From NCBI GenBank assembly GCA_964422155.1, contig CAYQZZ010000004.1:1749-65748 (forward strand): DNA of 64,000 nt, given 5' to 3'. This DNA is from an uncultured Dehalococcoidaceae bacterium (lineage in GTDB: Bacteria > Chloroflexota > Dehalococcoidia > Dehalococcoidales > RBG-16-60-22). Made by a program: the position numbers and the translations under genes. Shown piece by piece: positions 39,560-48,617 of this stretch. The notes under the pieces were generated by a model that had not been told where the DNA came from, made no database searches, and was given only the letters and a program-made list of their open reading frames with translations. The first letter of the stretch is position 1. Every line of letters starts with the position of its first letter.

Positions 39560-40243
39560 CTATCTCTGCAGTGCTTTCCTGCCTGTGACTTCCTGCCGGG
39601 TGTACCATTTCTCCACGGCGCTGACAACCTCAGAAGGGGAATCGAATACCCGCAGCAGATCGAAGTCTTCCTCCGAAATGGCGCCTTCAGCCAGCACCGT
39701 GTCTTTTAGCCAGTCGAGAAAACCGCACCAGTATTCGCTGGAGAACATTATTACCGGGAAGGGTCTCATTTTCTGTGTTTGTATTAAATTCAATACTTCG
39801 GTGAGTTCATCCAGGGTACCCAGTCCGCCCGGCATGATGACGAAGGCGGAAGCGTATTTTACCAGCATAACCTTGCGGACGAAGAAGTGGTGAAAAGTGA
39901 TTGACTTGTCCGTATAGATATTGCACGCCTGTTCCGGTGTTAGGTGAATATTCAGCCCCACCGACTTTACTCCGGCATCTCGCGCTCCCTTATTGGCGGC
40001 TTCCATGAGACCGGGGCCGCCGCCGGTCATGATGTTGAAGCCGGCCTTACCCAGTAAGCGAGCGATTTCTTCGGTCTGCGCATACCACTTGTTATCGGGT
40101 TTGAGTCGGGCGGAGCCGTAGATTGTCACGGCGGGCACAATATCAGCCAGGGTATCGAAGCCTTCTACCATTTCCCCTATGATGCGGAACATCCGCCACG
40201 ATTCTTCTTTGGCAAGTTGATTGATTTCATATTCGGCGCTCAT
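39560..40243 (-). CDS. LOG family / TIGR00730 Rossmann-fold nucleotide-binding protein
   Basis: TGGGPGLMEAAN and PGGLGTLDELTE motifs. Start at M32 of the track ORF (AAGGAGG upstream), which removes the overlap with the next gene. Confidence 0.85.
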   Translation of the reverse strand: MSAEYEINQLAKEESWRMFRIIGEMVEGFDTLADIVPAVTIYGSARLKPDNKWYAQTEEIARLLGKAGFNIMTGGGPGLMEAANKGARDAGVKSVGLNIHLTPEQACNIYTDKSITFHHFFVRKVMLVKYASAFVIMPGGLGTLDELTEVLNLIQTQKMRPFPVIMFSSEYWCGFLDWLKDTVLAEGAISEEDFDLLRVFDSPSEVVSAVEKWYTRQEVTGRKALQR

Positions 40244-40289
40244 GGGACCTCCTTTATCCTTCACAGGTGAAGGACCGATTGACTTATTT

Positions 40290-41696
40290 TTATTCCAGCC
40301 GGACCTTCGTGCCGTATATCGGTACCGAGGTATCATAGCCGGTTTTTTCCCTTAAAAAATCACTGAACTGCTCGGCGGCCCTGGATTCTCCATGGGTAAT
40401 GAAAACATGCCTGGGGTTTGCCGAAAGATTGGAAAGCCATTTTAAAAGCTCGTCTCTATCGGCGTGAGCGGAAAAACCCTGTATCTGGACTATCCGGGCG
40501 CGGACAGGATACTGCTGCCCGTGGATTCGGACGTTCCGGGCGCCATCAAGTATCTGTCTGCCCAGGGTGCCTTCCGCCTGATAACCGACGAACAGCACGG
40601 TACACTCTGGCCGCGAGATGTTATTGACGAGGTGGTGCTTTATCCGGCCGCCGGTGCACATACCGGAACCGGCGATAATCATGACGGTGCCGGTAATTGC
40701 GTTCAGGGCTTTTGACTCCTCTACGGTCTCCACCATTTTCAGGCCGGGGAAGTCGAAAGGCGATTGGTGCCGGCGTATAAGGTCTTTCATCTCGCTGTCA
40801 AACAGCTCGGCGTGTCGCTTGTAAACCTCGGTGATTTTTATCGCCATCGGGCTGTCGAGATAAACCGTCAGGTCAGGTATGCGATTTTCCCTAAGCAGGG
40901 TATTGAGATAGTAAAGTATTTCCTGAGTTCGCTGCAAAGCGAAACTGGGGACGATGATATTGCCCCCGGCGGCGAAGGCCGCTTTAACTATTACCGCCAG
41001 CTCGTCGCCGATTTCCTCAGTACCCTCGTGTTTGCGGTCGCCGTAGGTGGATTCCATCACGACATAGTCCGTCTTGTGGAATACGCTCGGGTCGTGCAAT
41101 ATCGGGCGGTTCCAACGGCCGACATCTCCGGAGAAAACGATGCTCCTCTTTTCTCCTCTCTGGCTGATAACCAGCTTTATCATGGATGAGCCCAGCACAT
41201 GACCGGCATCGTGGAAGGTGGCTTCGATGCCATTGCCGATAGTTACCGGTTGATTGTATTCGACGGGAGAAAACAGTCGTAAAGATGCCTCGGCATCGGC
41301 GACCGTATAGAGAGGGATTTCAGGATAGGAACCTTTTCTACCCTCTCTGATGTGCCTCTTTTTCTTATACGAGGCGTCTTCTTCCTGCAGGTGTGCCGCG
41401 TCAAGTAGTATGATTTTAGCGATATCGGCAGTAGCAGGAGTACAGATTACCTTGCCCCGGAACCCCTCATCCACCAGCTTGGGGAGCAGTCCGGAGTGGT
41501 CCAGATGGGCGTGGGTCAGCAGGACAGCCGCCAGTTCTTTTGGCGAGCATCTGAAGGGTTCCCAGTTTCTGTCCAGGAACTCCCTTTCCTGATAGAGTCC
41601 GCAATCTATAAGGAGCTTTATATTATTAGCTTCTACCAGGTACCGCGAACCGGTCACGCCGCGGGCAGCACCCATAAAAGACAGGTCGATATCCAT
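40290..41696 (-). CDS. MBL-fold beta-CASP RNA-metabolising hydrolase
   Basis: HAHLDHSG, beta-CASP region, C-terminal HGE motif; 468 aa. Confidence 0.85.
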   Translation of the reverse strand: MDIDLSFMGAARGVTGSRYLVEANNIKLLIDCGLYQEREFLDRNWEPFRCSPKELAAVLLTHAHLDHSGLLPKLVDEGFRGKVICTPATADIAKIILLDAAHLQEEDASYKKKRHIREGRKGSYPEIPLYTVADAEASLRLFSPVEYNQPVTIGNGIEATFHDAGHVLGSSMIKLVISQRGEKRSIVFSGDVGRWNRPILHDPSVFHKTDYVVMESTYGDRKHEGTEEIGDELAVIVKAAFAAGGNIIVPSFALQRTQEILYYLNTLLRENRIPDLTVYLDSPMAIKITEVYKRHAELFDSEMKDLIRRHQSPFDFPGLKMVETVEESKALNAITGTVMIIAGSGMCTGGRIKHHLVNNISRPECTVLFVGYQAEGTLGRQILDGARNVRIHGQQYPVRARIVQIQGFSAHADRDELLKWLSNLSANPRHVFITHGESRAAEQFSDFLREKTGYDTSVPIYGTKVRLE

Positions 41697-41784
41697 GCCT
41701 TGCGTCCTCGTTATTCTATCATGATAACATCTGTGATGATGAGATGCCAGTGTGTAGCGATGAGAGTGTTAGCAATGATTTGGT

Positions 41785-41915
41785 GTCATTCCCGCCCCGA
41801 TGAAATCGGGGTAAACTCCGGCGGGAATCCAGAGGTGGGGAAAAGGGGGTCTGGTCCTTCCTTAGAAGGACGGGTCAAGCCTTCAGGCTGAATCAGGCTG
41901 AAGCCCGAGAATGAC
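41785..41915 (+). repeat. Family-P element, copy P4
   Basis: gtcattcccgccccgatgaaatcggggtaaactccggcgggaatcc...ggtcaagccttcaggctgaatcaggctgaagcccgagaatgac. Confidence 0.7.
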
Positions 41916-41922
41916 AATTATT

Positions 41923-42327
41923 CTATTGGTTTCCGCCGTGCAGTTTGATATGCTCCTTGCGCATGCACTTATTCATGACCACCTTTAAGCCGGCTTTTCT
42001 GGCCTCGGCGGCGGCCTCTTTGTTTATCACGCCTTCCTGCATCCAGACGGCTTTAGCGCCTGTTTTGATGGCCTCGCGCACGATGGGAGGAACGTCTTCT
42101 GACCGACGGAAGATATCGACGACGTCAACTTTTTCGGGGATGGAGGTAAGGTCGGGGTAACTCGTCTCCCCCAGTATCGTCTTTTCGCCGGGGTTAACCG
42201 GTATTATTTTATAGCCTTTTTCCTTCAGGTAGCTGGCGACGATGTGGCTGGGCCGTTCGGGGTTGGCGGAAAGGCCGACCACGGCTACGGTTCGGCTTTT
42301 ATTGAGGATTTCCTCCATTCTGGTCAT
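41923..42327 (-). CDS. CoA-binding domain protein (YccU/YneT-like)
   Basis: VAVVGLSANPERPSH...GYKIIPVNP pattern. Start at the ATG with GGGAGG 8 nt upstream. Confidence 0.8.
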   Translation of the reverse strand: MTRMEEILNKSRTVAVVGLSANPERPSHIVASYLKEKGYKIIPVNPGEKTILGETSYPDLTSIPEKVDVVDIFRRSEDVPPIVREAIKTGAKAVWMQEGVINKEAAAEARKAGLKVVMNKCMRKEHIKLHGGNQ

Positions 42328-42429
42328 TACTTTACCTCCCGGCACTTTAGACTCCAGAATTAAATCTAGCTTGTTTGCTCGTGAGTGTCAATACGGAACT
42401 CGTTCGGTTTAGTCGTGGTTATGCTACAA

Positions 42430-42458
42430 TTGACCGGGGCTACCCTCTGGCATATAAT
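42430..42458 (+). promoter_or_regulatory. Sigma70-like promoter of SDR gene 42507
   Basis: TTGACC, 17-nt spacer, TATAAT. Confidence 0.5.
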
Positions 42459-42506
42459 TGCGGAGAACAAGTACGGCGTTAATAAATTCTATTGAAGGAG
42501 ATTAAA

Positions 42507-43274
42507 ATGGACCGTGTTAAAGGTAAAGTAGCTATTGTGACAGGTGCGGCCAGCGGGCTGGGCAGGGCCACGGCACTATTATTAGCGAAGGAAGGGGCTA
42601 AGGTCACCGTCAGCGACATTAATGAGGTTAGCGGTAAAGAAGTAGTGAAGGAAATAAAACGTGAAGGCGGAGAGTCCATCTTCGTGAAACACGATGTTAC
42701 CAGTGAAACTGACTGGAGCAGGGTCATCGAGAAGACTGTAGCTGAGTTCGGCAAGCTGGATATTCTCGTGAACAATGCCGGTGTCATGCTTATCAAAGAG
42801 TTAGAAAAAACGTCTCTGGAGGAATGGCGCCGGCTGATGAGTGTCAACCTGGACGGCGTTTTCCTGGGCACGAAACACGCGATATTGGCCATGAAAAAGA
42901 CCGGCGGCGGTTCGATTGTTAATATGTCCTCGGCCGTTGGTCTCATCGGCACCATTGATAATACGTCGGCGTACTGTGCCAGTAAGGGTGCCGTAAGGCT
43001 CTTTACCAAAGCGGCTGCCCTCGAGTGTTCCAAGGCAGGCCGCGACTATAATATCCGTGTTAATTCCGTTCATCCCGGTATTATTGAAACACCCATGACG
43101 GCTCCCATGCTCAAGGACGAGACCCTGGGGAAAAATATGGAACAGGTTCAACCCATCGGGTTTCTGGGTAAGCCCATCGATGTTGCCTATGCCGTCCTTT
43201 ATCTTGCCTCGGACGAGTCCAGGTTGTCCACCGGAAGCGAGCTGGTGGTGGACGGGGGCTGGACGGCGCGTTAA
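42507..43274 (+). CDS. Short-chain dehydrogenase/reductase (SDR)
   Basis: TGAASGLG, NNAG, S...YxASK catalytic pattern. Start at the ATG after AAGGAG. Confidence 0.88.
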   Translation: MDRVKGKVAIVTGAASGLGRATALLLAKEGAKVTVSDINEVSGKEVVKEIKREGGESIFVKHDVTSETDWSRVIEKTVAEFGKLDILVNNAGVMLIKELEKTSLEEWRRLMSVNLDGVFLGTKHAILAMKKTGGGSIVNMSSAVGLIGTIDNTSAYCASKGAVRLFTKAAALECSKAGRDYNIRVNSVHPGIIETPMTAPMLKDETLGKNMEQVQPIGFLGKPIDVAYAVLYLASDESRLSTGSELVVDGGWTAR

Positions 43275-43312
43275 GGCAGCCCGCTGATATATGTCAGCCC
43301 TTTCCTCCGGCA

Positions 43313-43984
43313 CTATCCTATAAATATCTCGACCTTAGCCGGCCCGGCCATTTGATTGAGGTCATTGGTGAAAGCCGCCCAGTTGAGGTCGGTGCGGCGC
43401 CGGTACAGGTAGTGCAGGCTGACGCGGTTATCCACTACGGACATCGTCTCCAGCCTGAGGCTGCCCAGACGTTCCTTGAGGAAAGCGGACATCTTTCCTT
43501 CCAGCCCCGCATAAGCAGGCTGGTCGACGGAAATCATCAGGTGGCCCCTCCCGAAAACAGAGATGCGGTTGCGGGTCAGCCAGTGAATACCCAGGGCGAC
43601 GAACACGACGCCGAAGAGAATGGCGGTTACCAGGAAATTATTGGTGGCGGCACCGATTGATGAAGCGATGAGCAAAAGGAGGAAACCGATTTCGGCCGGG
43701 TCTTTTACCGGAGTCCGGAAGCGGACGAAGGACAGCGCTCCCAGCAGCCCCAGCGATAGCGGTATGGATACCTGGATGCCCAGGAAGAGCGCGGTGATAG
43801 CCGGTCCGCCGATGATGAAAGTACGGTGTACCCCGGCCCCGATGTGCCTTGACCCGTAGAATATCTGGTACATCAGATAAGCGATAATGGAAGCCACAAA
43901 GGAAAACCCTATGGCAACGAGAATTTCCCAGAGTCCCAGTGGGGATTGCAGACCTTTTATATACTGCCAGAATCCGTCAGACAT
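43313..43984 (-). CDS. DUF4956 membrane protein
   Basis: Multi-pass N-terminus with LGALSFVRFRTPVKDPAEIGFLLL, which I recognise as the DUF4956 core. Confidence 0.72.
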   Translation of the reverse strand: MSDGFWQYIKGLQSPLGLWEILVAIGFSFVASIIAYLMYQIFYGSRHIGAGVHRTFIIGGPAITALFLGIQVSIPLSLGLLGALSFVRFRTPVKDPAEIGFLLLLIASSIGAATNNFLVTAILFGVVFVALGIHWLTRNRISVFGRGHLMISVDQPAYAGLEGKMSAFLKERLGSLRLETMSVVDNRVSLHYLYRRRTDLNWAAFTNDLNQMAGPAKVEIFIG

Positions 43985-44003
43985 GATATATCCTCCTTTT
44001 CAT

Positions 44004-44732
44004 CTATGGCACGGTTATTTTGCCCGAAGGTGATAAGCGAGCCACGCTCCCCGGCTCGGAAAAATGTGCATCGAGACAGCTGCCGTATTTGGAAAATCGG
44101 CCCCAGTCTATATCCAGAAGCCGCATGCGCCGGAGCGTAAAAGGTAGCTCCAGGGAAGGCCCCTTGACCTCGATGACGCCTCCCGTCAGGCGTATTTCAC
44201 GTTCTTGGCGGCCCAGTTCCGGGGCAACCACCGTGGCGCGGATATCGGAGTCGAATGATACCCGCACGCCGGTCAGCATTTCGTTAAAACGGTAGCGCTG
44301 GTATGATATCACGATAATCGGCATTAAAGGTTTGTCGGGGAAATGGCTGAACCTGGCCAGTGTTTCGATAATCGCCGTTTTGTCCAGAATCCCGCGGCTC
44401 AGATTCGCTGGCTTTAGCTGTTGTGCCTGTACCAGGAACCTCTGGCGCTGCTTGCTGCTGGCAAAGCCCTGTCTGGATTTAAGCTCGAGAAAGACAGGTA
44501 TCTCTCCCTGTTCATCGATGTTATCGACGTACCATCGGATGCGTACCTTGTTTTTCCTGAAATCGCCCGATGCCGACCGCTCGTACTGGTCGAGGTCGGG
44601 GGTATCGAAGTACAGACTGTGGACACGGTCTTTTGGGTATTCCCTATCCGGCCGGCAGACCTGCCGCAATAAGGTATAAGCAAAGCCGATGTTCCTGGGC
44701 AGTATGGCGAATTTCCGTTCGAACCTCTCCAC
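44004..44732 (-). CDS. VTC-domain (polyphosphate polymerase / triphosphate-tunnel-like) protein
   Basis: 242 aa. ERKF...SLYFDTPDLDQY...KVRIRWY...LELK pattern of bacterial VTC-domain proteins. Confidence 0.72.
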   Translation of the reverse strand: MERFERKFAILPRNIGFAYTLLRQVCRPDREYPKDRVHSLYFDTPDLDQYERSASGDFRKNKVRIRWYVDNIDEQGEIPVFLELKSRQGFASSKQRQRFLVQAQQLKPANLSRGILDKTAIIETLARFSHFPDKPLMPIIVISYQRYRFNEMLTGVRVSFDSDIRATVVAPELGRQEREIRLTGGVIEVKGPSLELPFTLRRMRLLDIDWGRFSKYGSCLDAHFSEPGSVARLSPSGKITVP

Positions 44733-44814
44733 AGGTGTGGCTCTGGCTGACTCGGCGTTATTGACTGATTTACCGGTAATTTCTATTTCAATTGCCTCTG
44801 CGTATATTCATCAT

Positions 44815-46620
44815 TTAACCCGGGGGTTTCATCCAGTCCACCATCCACATGCTGCCCCCGTTGCCGCTGCCGTTGCTGGAGCGGCTCGGCCGCTCTCCGT
44901 TAAGCTGCTGCCGCACCGACTCATAGCGAGCTTTGATATATGTCTTCAGGCCGAGGGAGTTGGGGCCGAAGCCGGGCTGGCGGGGCGGCTGTGGAGCCTT
45001 CAGTGGACCGTAGATGTTCTGCAGGAACAAATCATAGGTCTCCGGCGTTAAGCAGCCCTTTAATTTCTCCACCTCGCCGGGTTTGAAATCACGCATCATT
45101 AACTCAAAGAGACTATTGACGCCGAAATTCGTGCGAAGGCAGGAGGTCTCCTTACTACGCAGGAAGAAGGGAAGCATCGGTGATGGCCCGCCGGCCATCC
45201 ACCCCTCGAACAGGTCCGGCGGCCTCAGGTCCTCGGTAAGGCAGCGTTCCCAGTCCTCGTAGGTATAGAACATCTCGGTATCTGCTTTGGCATAAGGGCG
45301 TATCGTTTCGGCGAGCTTGTCGATACGCGGCAGGACAACATCCAGAGAGAAGGGCCCGTCCAGCAAATCTTTCATATAGCGGTTATAGGTGTCCAGGTAT
45401 GGTTTATAAGATAGCAGTCGATTGACGAGGGGAAACCTTTTAATCGGACCGGCGGTTGGTTCGTCTATGTAATAATTAATTATGCCTTCCTTACGGATAC
45501 CGCCGTTAAAGGTTCCGAAGACCATATTCAGGTCCCAGGGGATGAGCGAGAACTTGCCGTTAACCTCATAGAGATAGGTGTTGTGCCCGATGCCGATATA
45601 GTTATCCAGATGCACAATACAGGCTGACACCGCGAAAAACCGCAGTGCTTCATCCACATCCAGCACCTTCTCGATTTCCTGCGGAAAGGCCTCGTCGGGT
45701 TCGTTGTTGAGGACATCCAGGAATTTGAACAGGGCCGAGTAGTTAGGGTTGTTCTGATTGGTCTTCAGGGCCATACCCTCAATATAGTTGCGCGGCATTA
45801 CCATCGGCGGAAGGCCGCGGAAGATATTACCCTGCGCCGGAGGTATAGGCTTGTAAGCAGCTACGGTCTCTTCCTGTCCCAGGGCGCGCAGGATGTCTAG
45901 GAGCGGACCGCCGCCGATATTGGTGTAGAGAATGGGGTTCTGGCGGGGCTGTTCGGGCATGCCCGGTATGACGATATTTTTATAGGCATCTTTTTCCGTC
46001 CAGTCCAGGCGCGCCGATATAACCTCGGGTTTGTACAGGTTGCCGTTGGCATCGGTAAAGTACCGCTGGAGGAAAGGCTGGTCAACCGCCTCAGCCATAG
46101 TATATACGCCAAGATGGGTATCATTGACCCAGACATCGACAATTGAGGCGCGGGGAGCAGGGACACCCATCTTCGCGAATATCTCGTAGGAAATGACGTC
46201 CCGGAGGAGGGTGGGGTCGCTCCAGCCATTATTAAAATGGACCTTTTTCGCGCCGTGGAAAGTGCGTGCCCTATTGAATAGATTGAAATCAATCGCCAGC
46301 GGGAGCCTCAAGCTCGACCAGCCCACCGTTTGACCCAGCGAGGCGTTTCCCTTGGTCCGGATGCCGACATTGGGTATCTTTTCATCGTCGAACCAGAAAT
46401 CAGCCTGTACGTACTGCTTTGTAAAAGCATTTGCCCTCAGGGATTCCCAGTCTTTTTCCTTCATCACGATACGCACCGTGGCCACGCGGTTGGTATCGAA
46501 TGGTGACGCATTACGGTCAAAGGTTTTCCGGGACAGGCTGCCGGCGCACCCGGACACGCTGGTGGCGAGGACAATGAATAGTAAAAATCCCGCCAGGATA
46601 GCTTTAATATTTTTCCGCAT
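44815..46620 (-). CDS. CotH-family atypical kinase, predicted lipoprotein
   Basis: 601 aa. Signal peptide plus lipobox VSGC. CotH-like core (GNLYKPE, IGHNTYLYE, IPWDLN). Confidence 0.78.
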   Translation of the reverse strand: MRKNIKAILAGFLLFIVLATSVSGCAGSLSRKTFDRNASPFDTNRVATVRIVMKEKDWESLRANAFTKQYVQADFWFDDEKIPNVGIRTKGNASLGQTVGWSSLRLPLAIDFNLFNRARTFHGAKKVHFNNGWSDPTLLRDVISYEIFAKMGVPAPRASIVDVWVNDTHLGVYTMAEAVDQPFLQRYFTDANGNLYKPEVISARLDWTEKDAYKNIVIPGMPEQPRQNPILYTNIGGGPLLDILRALGQEETVAAYKPIPPAQGNIFRGLPPMVMPRNYIEGMALKTNQNNPNYSALFKFLDVLNNEPDEAFPQEIEKVLDVDEALRFFAVSACIVHLDNYIGIGHNTYLYEVNGKFSLIPWDLNMVFGTFNGGIRKEGIINYYIDEPTAGPIKRFPLVNRLLSYKPYLDTYNRYMKDLLDGPFSLDVVLPRIDKLAETIRPYAKADTEMFYTYEDWERCLTEDLRPPDLFEGWMAGGPSPMLPFFLRSKETSCLRTNFGVNSLFELMMRDFKPGEVEKLKGCLTPETYDLFLQNIYGPLKAPQPPRQPGFGPNSLGLKTYIKARYESVRQQLNGERPSRSSNGSGNGGSMWMVDWMKPPG

Positions 46621-46728
46621 CGTTAAGACACTAAAAGTGAGTTGTAGACAGATTACCAGAAATAAGGAGATATTACAAATTTCTGGGTCAATGGGGCGGG
46701 TGACGGCAGAGCACTTGCCACCGTCACC

Positions 46729-47520
46729 CTATCCCTGTTGCTTTCTGCGGCCCACTACTCTTATTAGAGCGAGATACCTGCCGGCATCGGCTTCCAGGGT
46801 TTCCTCTTCCGAGGGGAAGATGAGCGTTCCTGCTTCAGCGCATGCCTTCTCGTACTGGAGCCAGTCCCGCCAGCCATCCGGTAGAATATCGGCCACCTCA
46901 ACGTCAACCAGTCCCGTCCGCGCCCAGAAGTGCCGCCACCACTCGGCGGTATGGAAGCACCAGCACTCGTCCGCCCAGAACACGCCGCCGCTCTTGCGGG
47001 GACGGGTCAAATGCTCGGGCACCGGGCCTTCGAAGTCGCGTACCAGCCCCGGCACTACTATCCCGATTTGCCCTCCAGGGCGGACAAACTTGCGTAAGTA
47101 GTTCAGGTAAAGGTCGTCGGTGCCGTAGTATTGATATGAATCCATACTAACGATGGCGTCAAAGAATTCCTCAGCATATGGTAAAGAATGTGCCTCGGCA
47201 TGTATCGGGTAGACCTGATTTTCCAGGCCGACTTCCCGGATACGCTGCCAGTTTTCGGTAGCGCTTATCCACAGGTCGGTCGCCCAGACCTGTACCCCGA
47301 ACTCCCTCGCCAGGAAGACCGAGCTCAGCGCCTTACCGCAGCCCATATCCAGGACGCGCATCCCCGGTTTGAGGTCCATTTTCTCGCCAAGCCACTCCGT
47401 GAGCCAGAGGACGTTCGGCCCCATCCAGCCCTTTAATACCCATTCCGGTTTATACTTAGCCGAACGTGGAAAACGGTCGTTCTTCAACAGCTCTCTCATT
47501 CTTTCTTTACTGATACTCAT
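46729..47520 (-). CDS. Class I SAM-dependent methyltransferase
   Basis: VLDMGCGKALSSVFLAREFG motif I. ATGA overlap with the upstream ORF. Confidence 0.8.
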   Translation of the reverse strand: MSISKERMRELLKNDRFPRSAKYKPEWVLKGWMGPNVLWLTEWLGEKMDLKPGMRVLDMGCGKALSSVFLAREFGVQVWATDLWISATENWQRIREVGLENQVYPIHAEAHSLPYAEEFFDAIVSMDSYQYYGTDDLYLNYLRKFVRPGGQIGIVVPGLVRDFEGPVPEHLTRPRKSGGVFWADECWCFHTAEWWRHFWARTGLVDVEVADILPDGWRDWLQYEKACAEAGTLIFPSEEETLEADAGRYLALIRVVGRRKQQG

Positions 47521-48092
47521 TTGGTTTCTCCTTTTGTTTTTAACCAGTACTTATACAACATTTCTCTATTCCATACCTGGGCTTCGATATTGAACCTATA
47601 TTCATCATAAATTCTGTATTTCTGGATTACTGATGGTAAATCCTCGTATCTATAAACCTTGGGCGTGTTGGTACGTCCTCCGCTGATGATATTACCATCA
47701 GCATCCACAATAAACTCATACATGCTGTCGGGGTAAGTAAAGGAAACCGCCGATAGGTCGATTTCTTGAAGAGGTATCCTTATCTCCTCGCCGTTCTTTT
47801 GAAGGTCAATCCTGATATCAAATTCTCCTTTGGGGGACTCACCTAAGGTCATATATACGGGGACTCCTATTTCAGGTCTCCCTCCAAGCCTTCTTAATTC
47901 TTGATATATCCACCTTTCTATTTCCCTCCTGTGTATTAGATAGTCATCCTGAGCATAAAAGAGTCCAATTCCATTCTTCAGGCAATGAGCCTGTTTTACT
48001 TTATTGGCTTCTTCAAGTGGTAAATCATTCAAAGATAAAAATGGGTACTCTCCCTTCTGGTAATAACGTGTTAAATATTCAGGTACAACCAT
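47517..48092 (-). CDS. Hypothetical protein (AT-rich orphan)
   Basis: 191 aa, GGAGG 8 nt upstream. Composition is clearly more AT-rich than the neighbouring genes. Confidence 0.5.
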   Translation of the reverse strand: MVVPEYLTRYYQKGEYPFLSLNDLPLEEANKVKQAHCLKNGIGLFYAQDDYLIHRREIERWIYQELRRLGGRPEIGVPVYMTLGESPKGEFDIRIDLQKNGEEIRIPLQEIDLSAVSFTYPDSMYEFIVDADGNIISGGRTNTPKVYRYEDLPSVIQKYRIYDEYRFNIEAQVWNREMLYKYWLKTKGETK

Positions 48093-48118
48093 GAAATAAC
48101 CTCCATTGTTATAATCTG

Positions 48119-48153
48119 AAAAAGAAAAAACCGCAGATGTGTCACACCCGCGG
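48119..48153 (-). terminator. Intrinsic terminator or attenuator T2 in the leader of ORF 47517..48092
   Basis: Minus-sense CCGCGGGUGUG-A-CACAUCUGCGG followed by UUUUUUCUUUUU. Two G-U pairs would be C-A mismatches on the plus strand. Confidence 0.55.
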
Positions 48154-48190
48154 TCGGTATACGAGTATATTCGATTTATAGCCGGGCTGA

Positions 48191-48344
48191 ATAAACAAAA
48201 AAGCCGCTCCCGGAGGAACGGCCAAGTTATCGTCTCTCTTTAGAAAGGCTGCTTAGCCGGAAACCTGCCGGGGTGTGACAGCGAGATGGATTTCATATCT
48301 GACTTGAGCTAACATCAACACCCCACTTTTTAGAGTTTAATTTC
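48191..48344 (-). ncRNA. Candidate small RNA or riboswitch-like leader (promoter to T1)
   Basis: Bounded by the near-consensus promoter at 48351..48379 and terminator T1 (GCCGUUCC-UCCG-GGAGCGGC plus UUUUUUGUUU at 48191..48222). No ORF. No family recognised by eye. Confidence 0.3.
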
Positions 48345-48350
48345 GGGGTA

Positions 48351-48379
48351 ATCATATCATGCACTCACGTCAGTGTCAA
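48351..48379 (-). promoter_or_regulatory. Near-consensus sigma70 promoter (minus strand)
   Basis: The reverse complement reads TTGACA, 17 nt, TATGAT. Confidence 0.5.
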
Positions 48380-48406
48380 GCCAGGTTAGTAGAGGTCGTT
48401 TAGTAA

Positions 48407-48526
48407 CCGCTCATGGTGAGACCTCGGCGTGAGCTCGGTCGATCGCCCGTCGAACCATAGCGGCATATTTTCTTGCCCTTCGACAAGCTCAGCGCCTGCC
48501 CTGAGTGAAGCGAACGGGGCGAGCGG
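48407..48526 (+). repeat. Family-B element, copy 2
   Basis: ccgctcatggtgagacctcggcgtgagctc...gtcgaaccatagcg...cccttcgacaagctcag...gagcgg. Confidence 0.6.
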
Positions 48527-48617
48527 TGAAGAAACGCTTTTTGTTCATTTCTAAACGACTTCGTTAGTATTTAGCGGGCGGTTATGTTATCGTTATATTA
48601 TTCGGAGTTAGTGGTTA

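Noticed and set aside
48191-48344. Identification of the sRNA candidate as SRP (4.5S) RNA, because of ...CAGGUUUCCGGCUAAGCAGCC...
   Set aside because: The resemblance to domain IV (GGUCCGGAAGGAAGCAGCC) is superficial. There is no GGAA tetraloop or symmetric-loop arrangement, and no 5'/3' closing helix of the kind expected.
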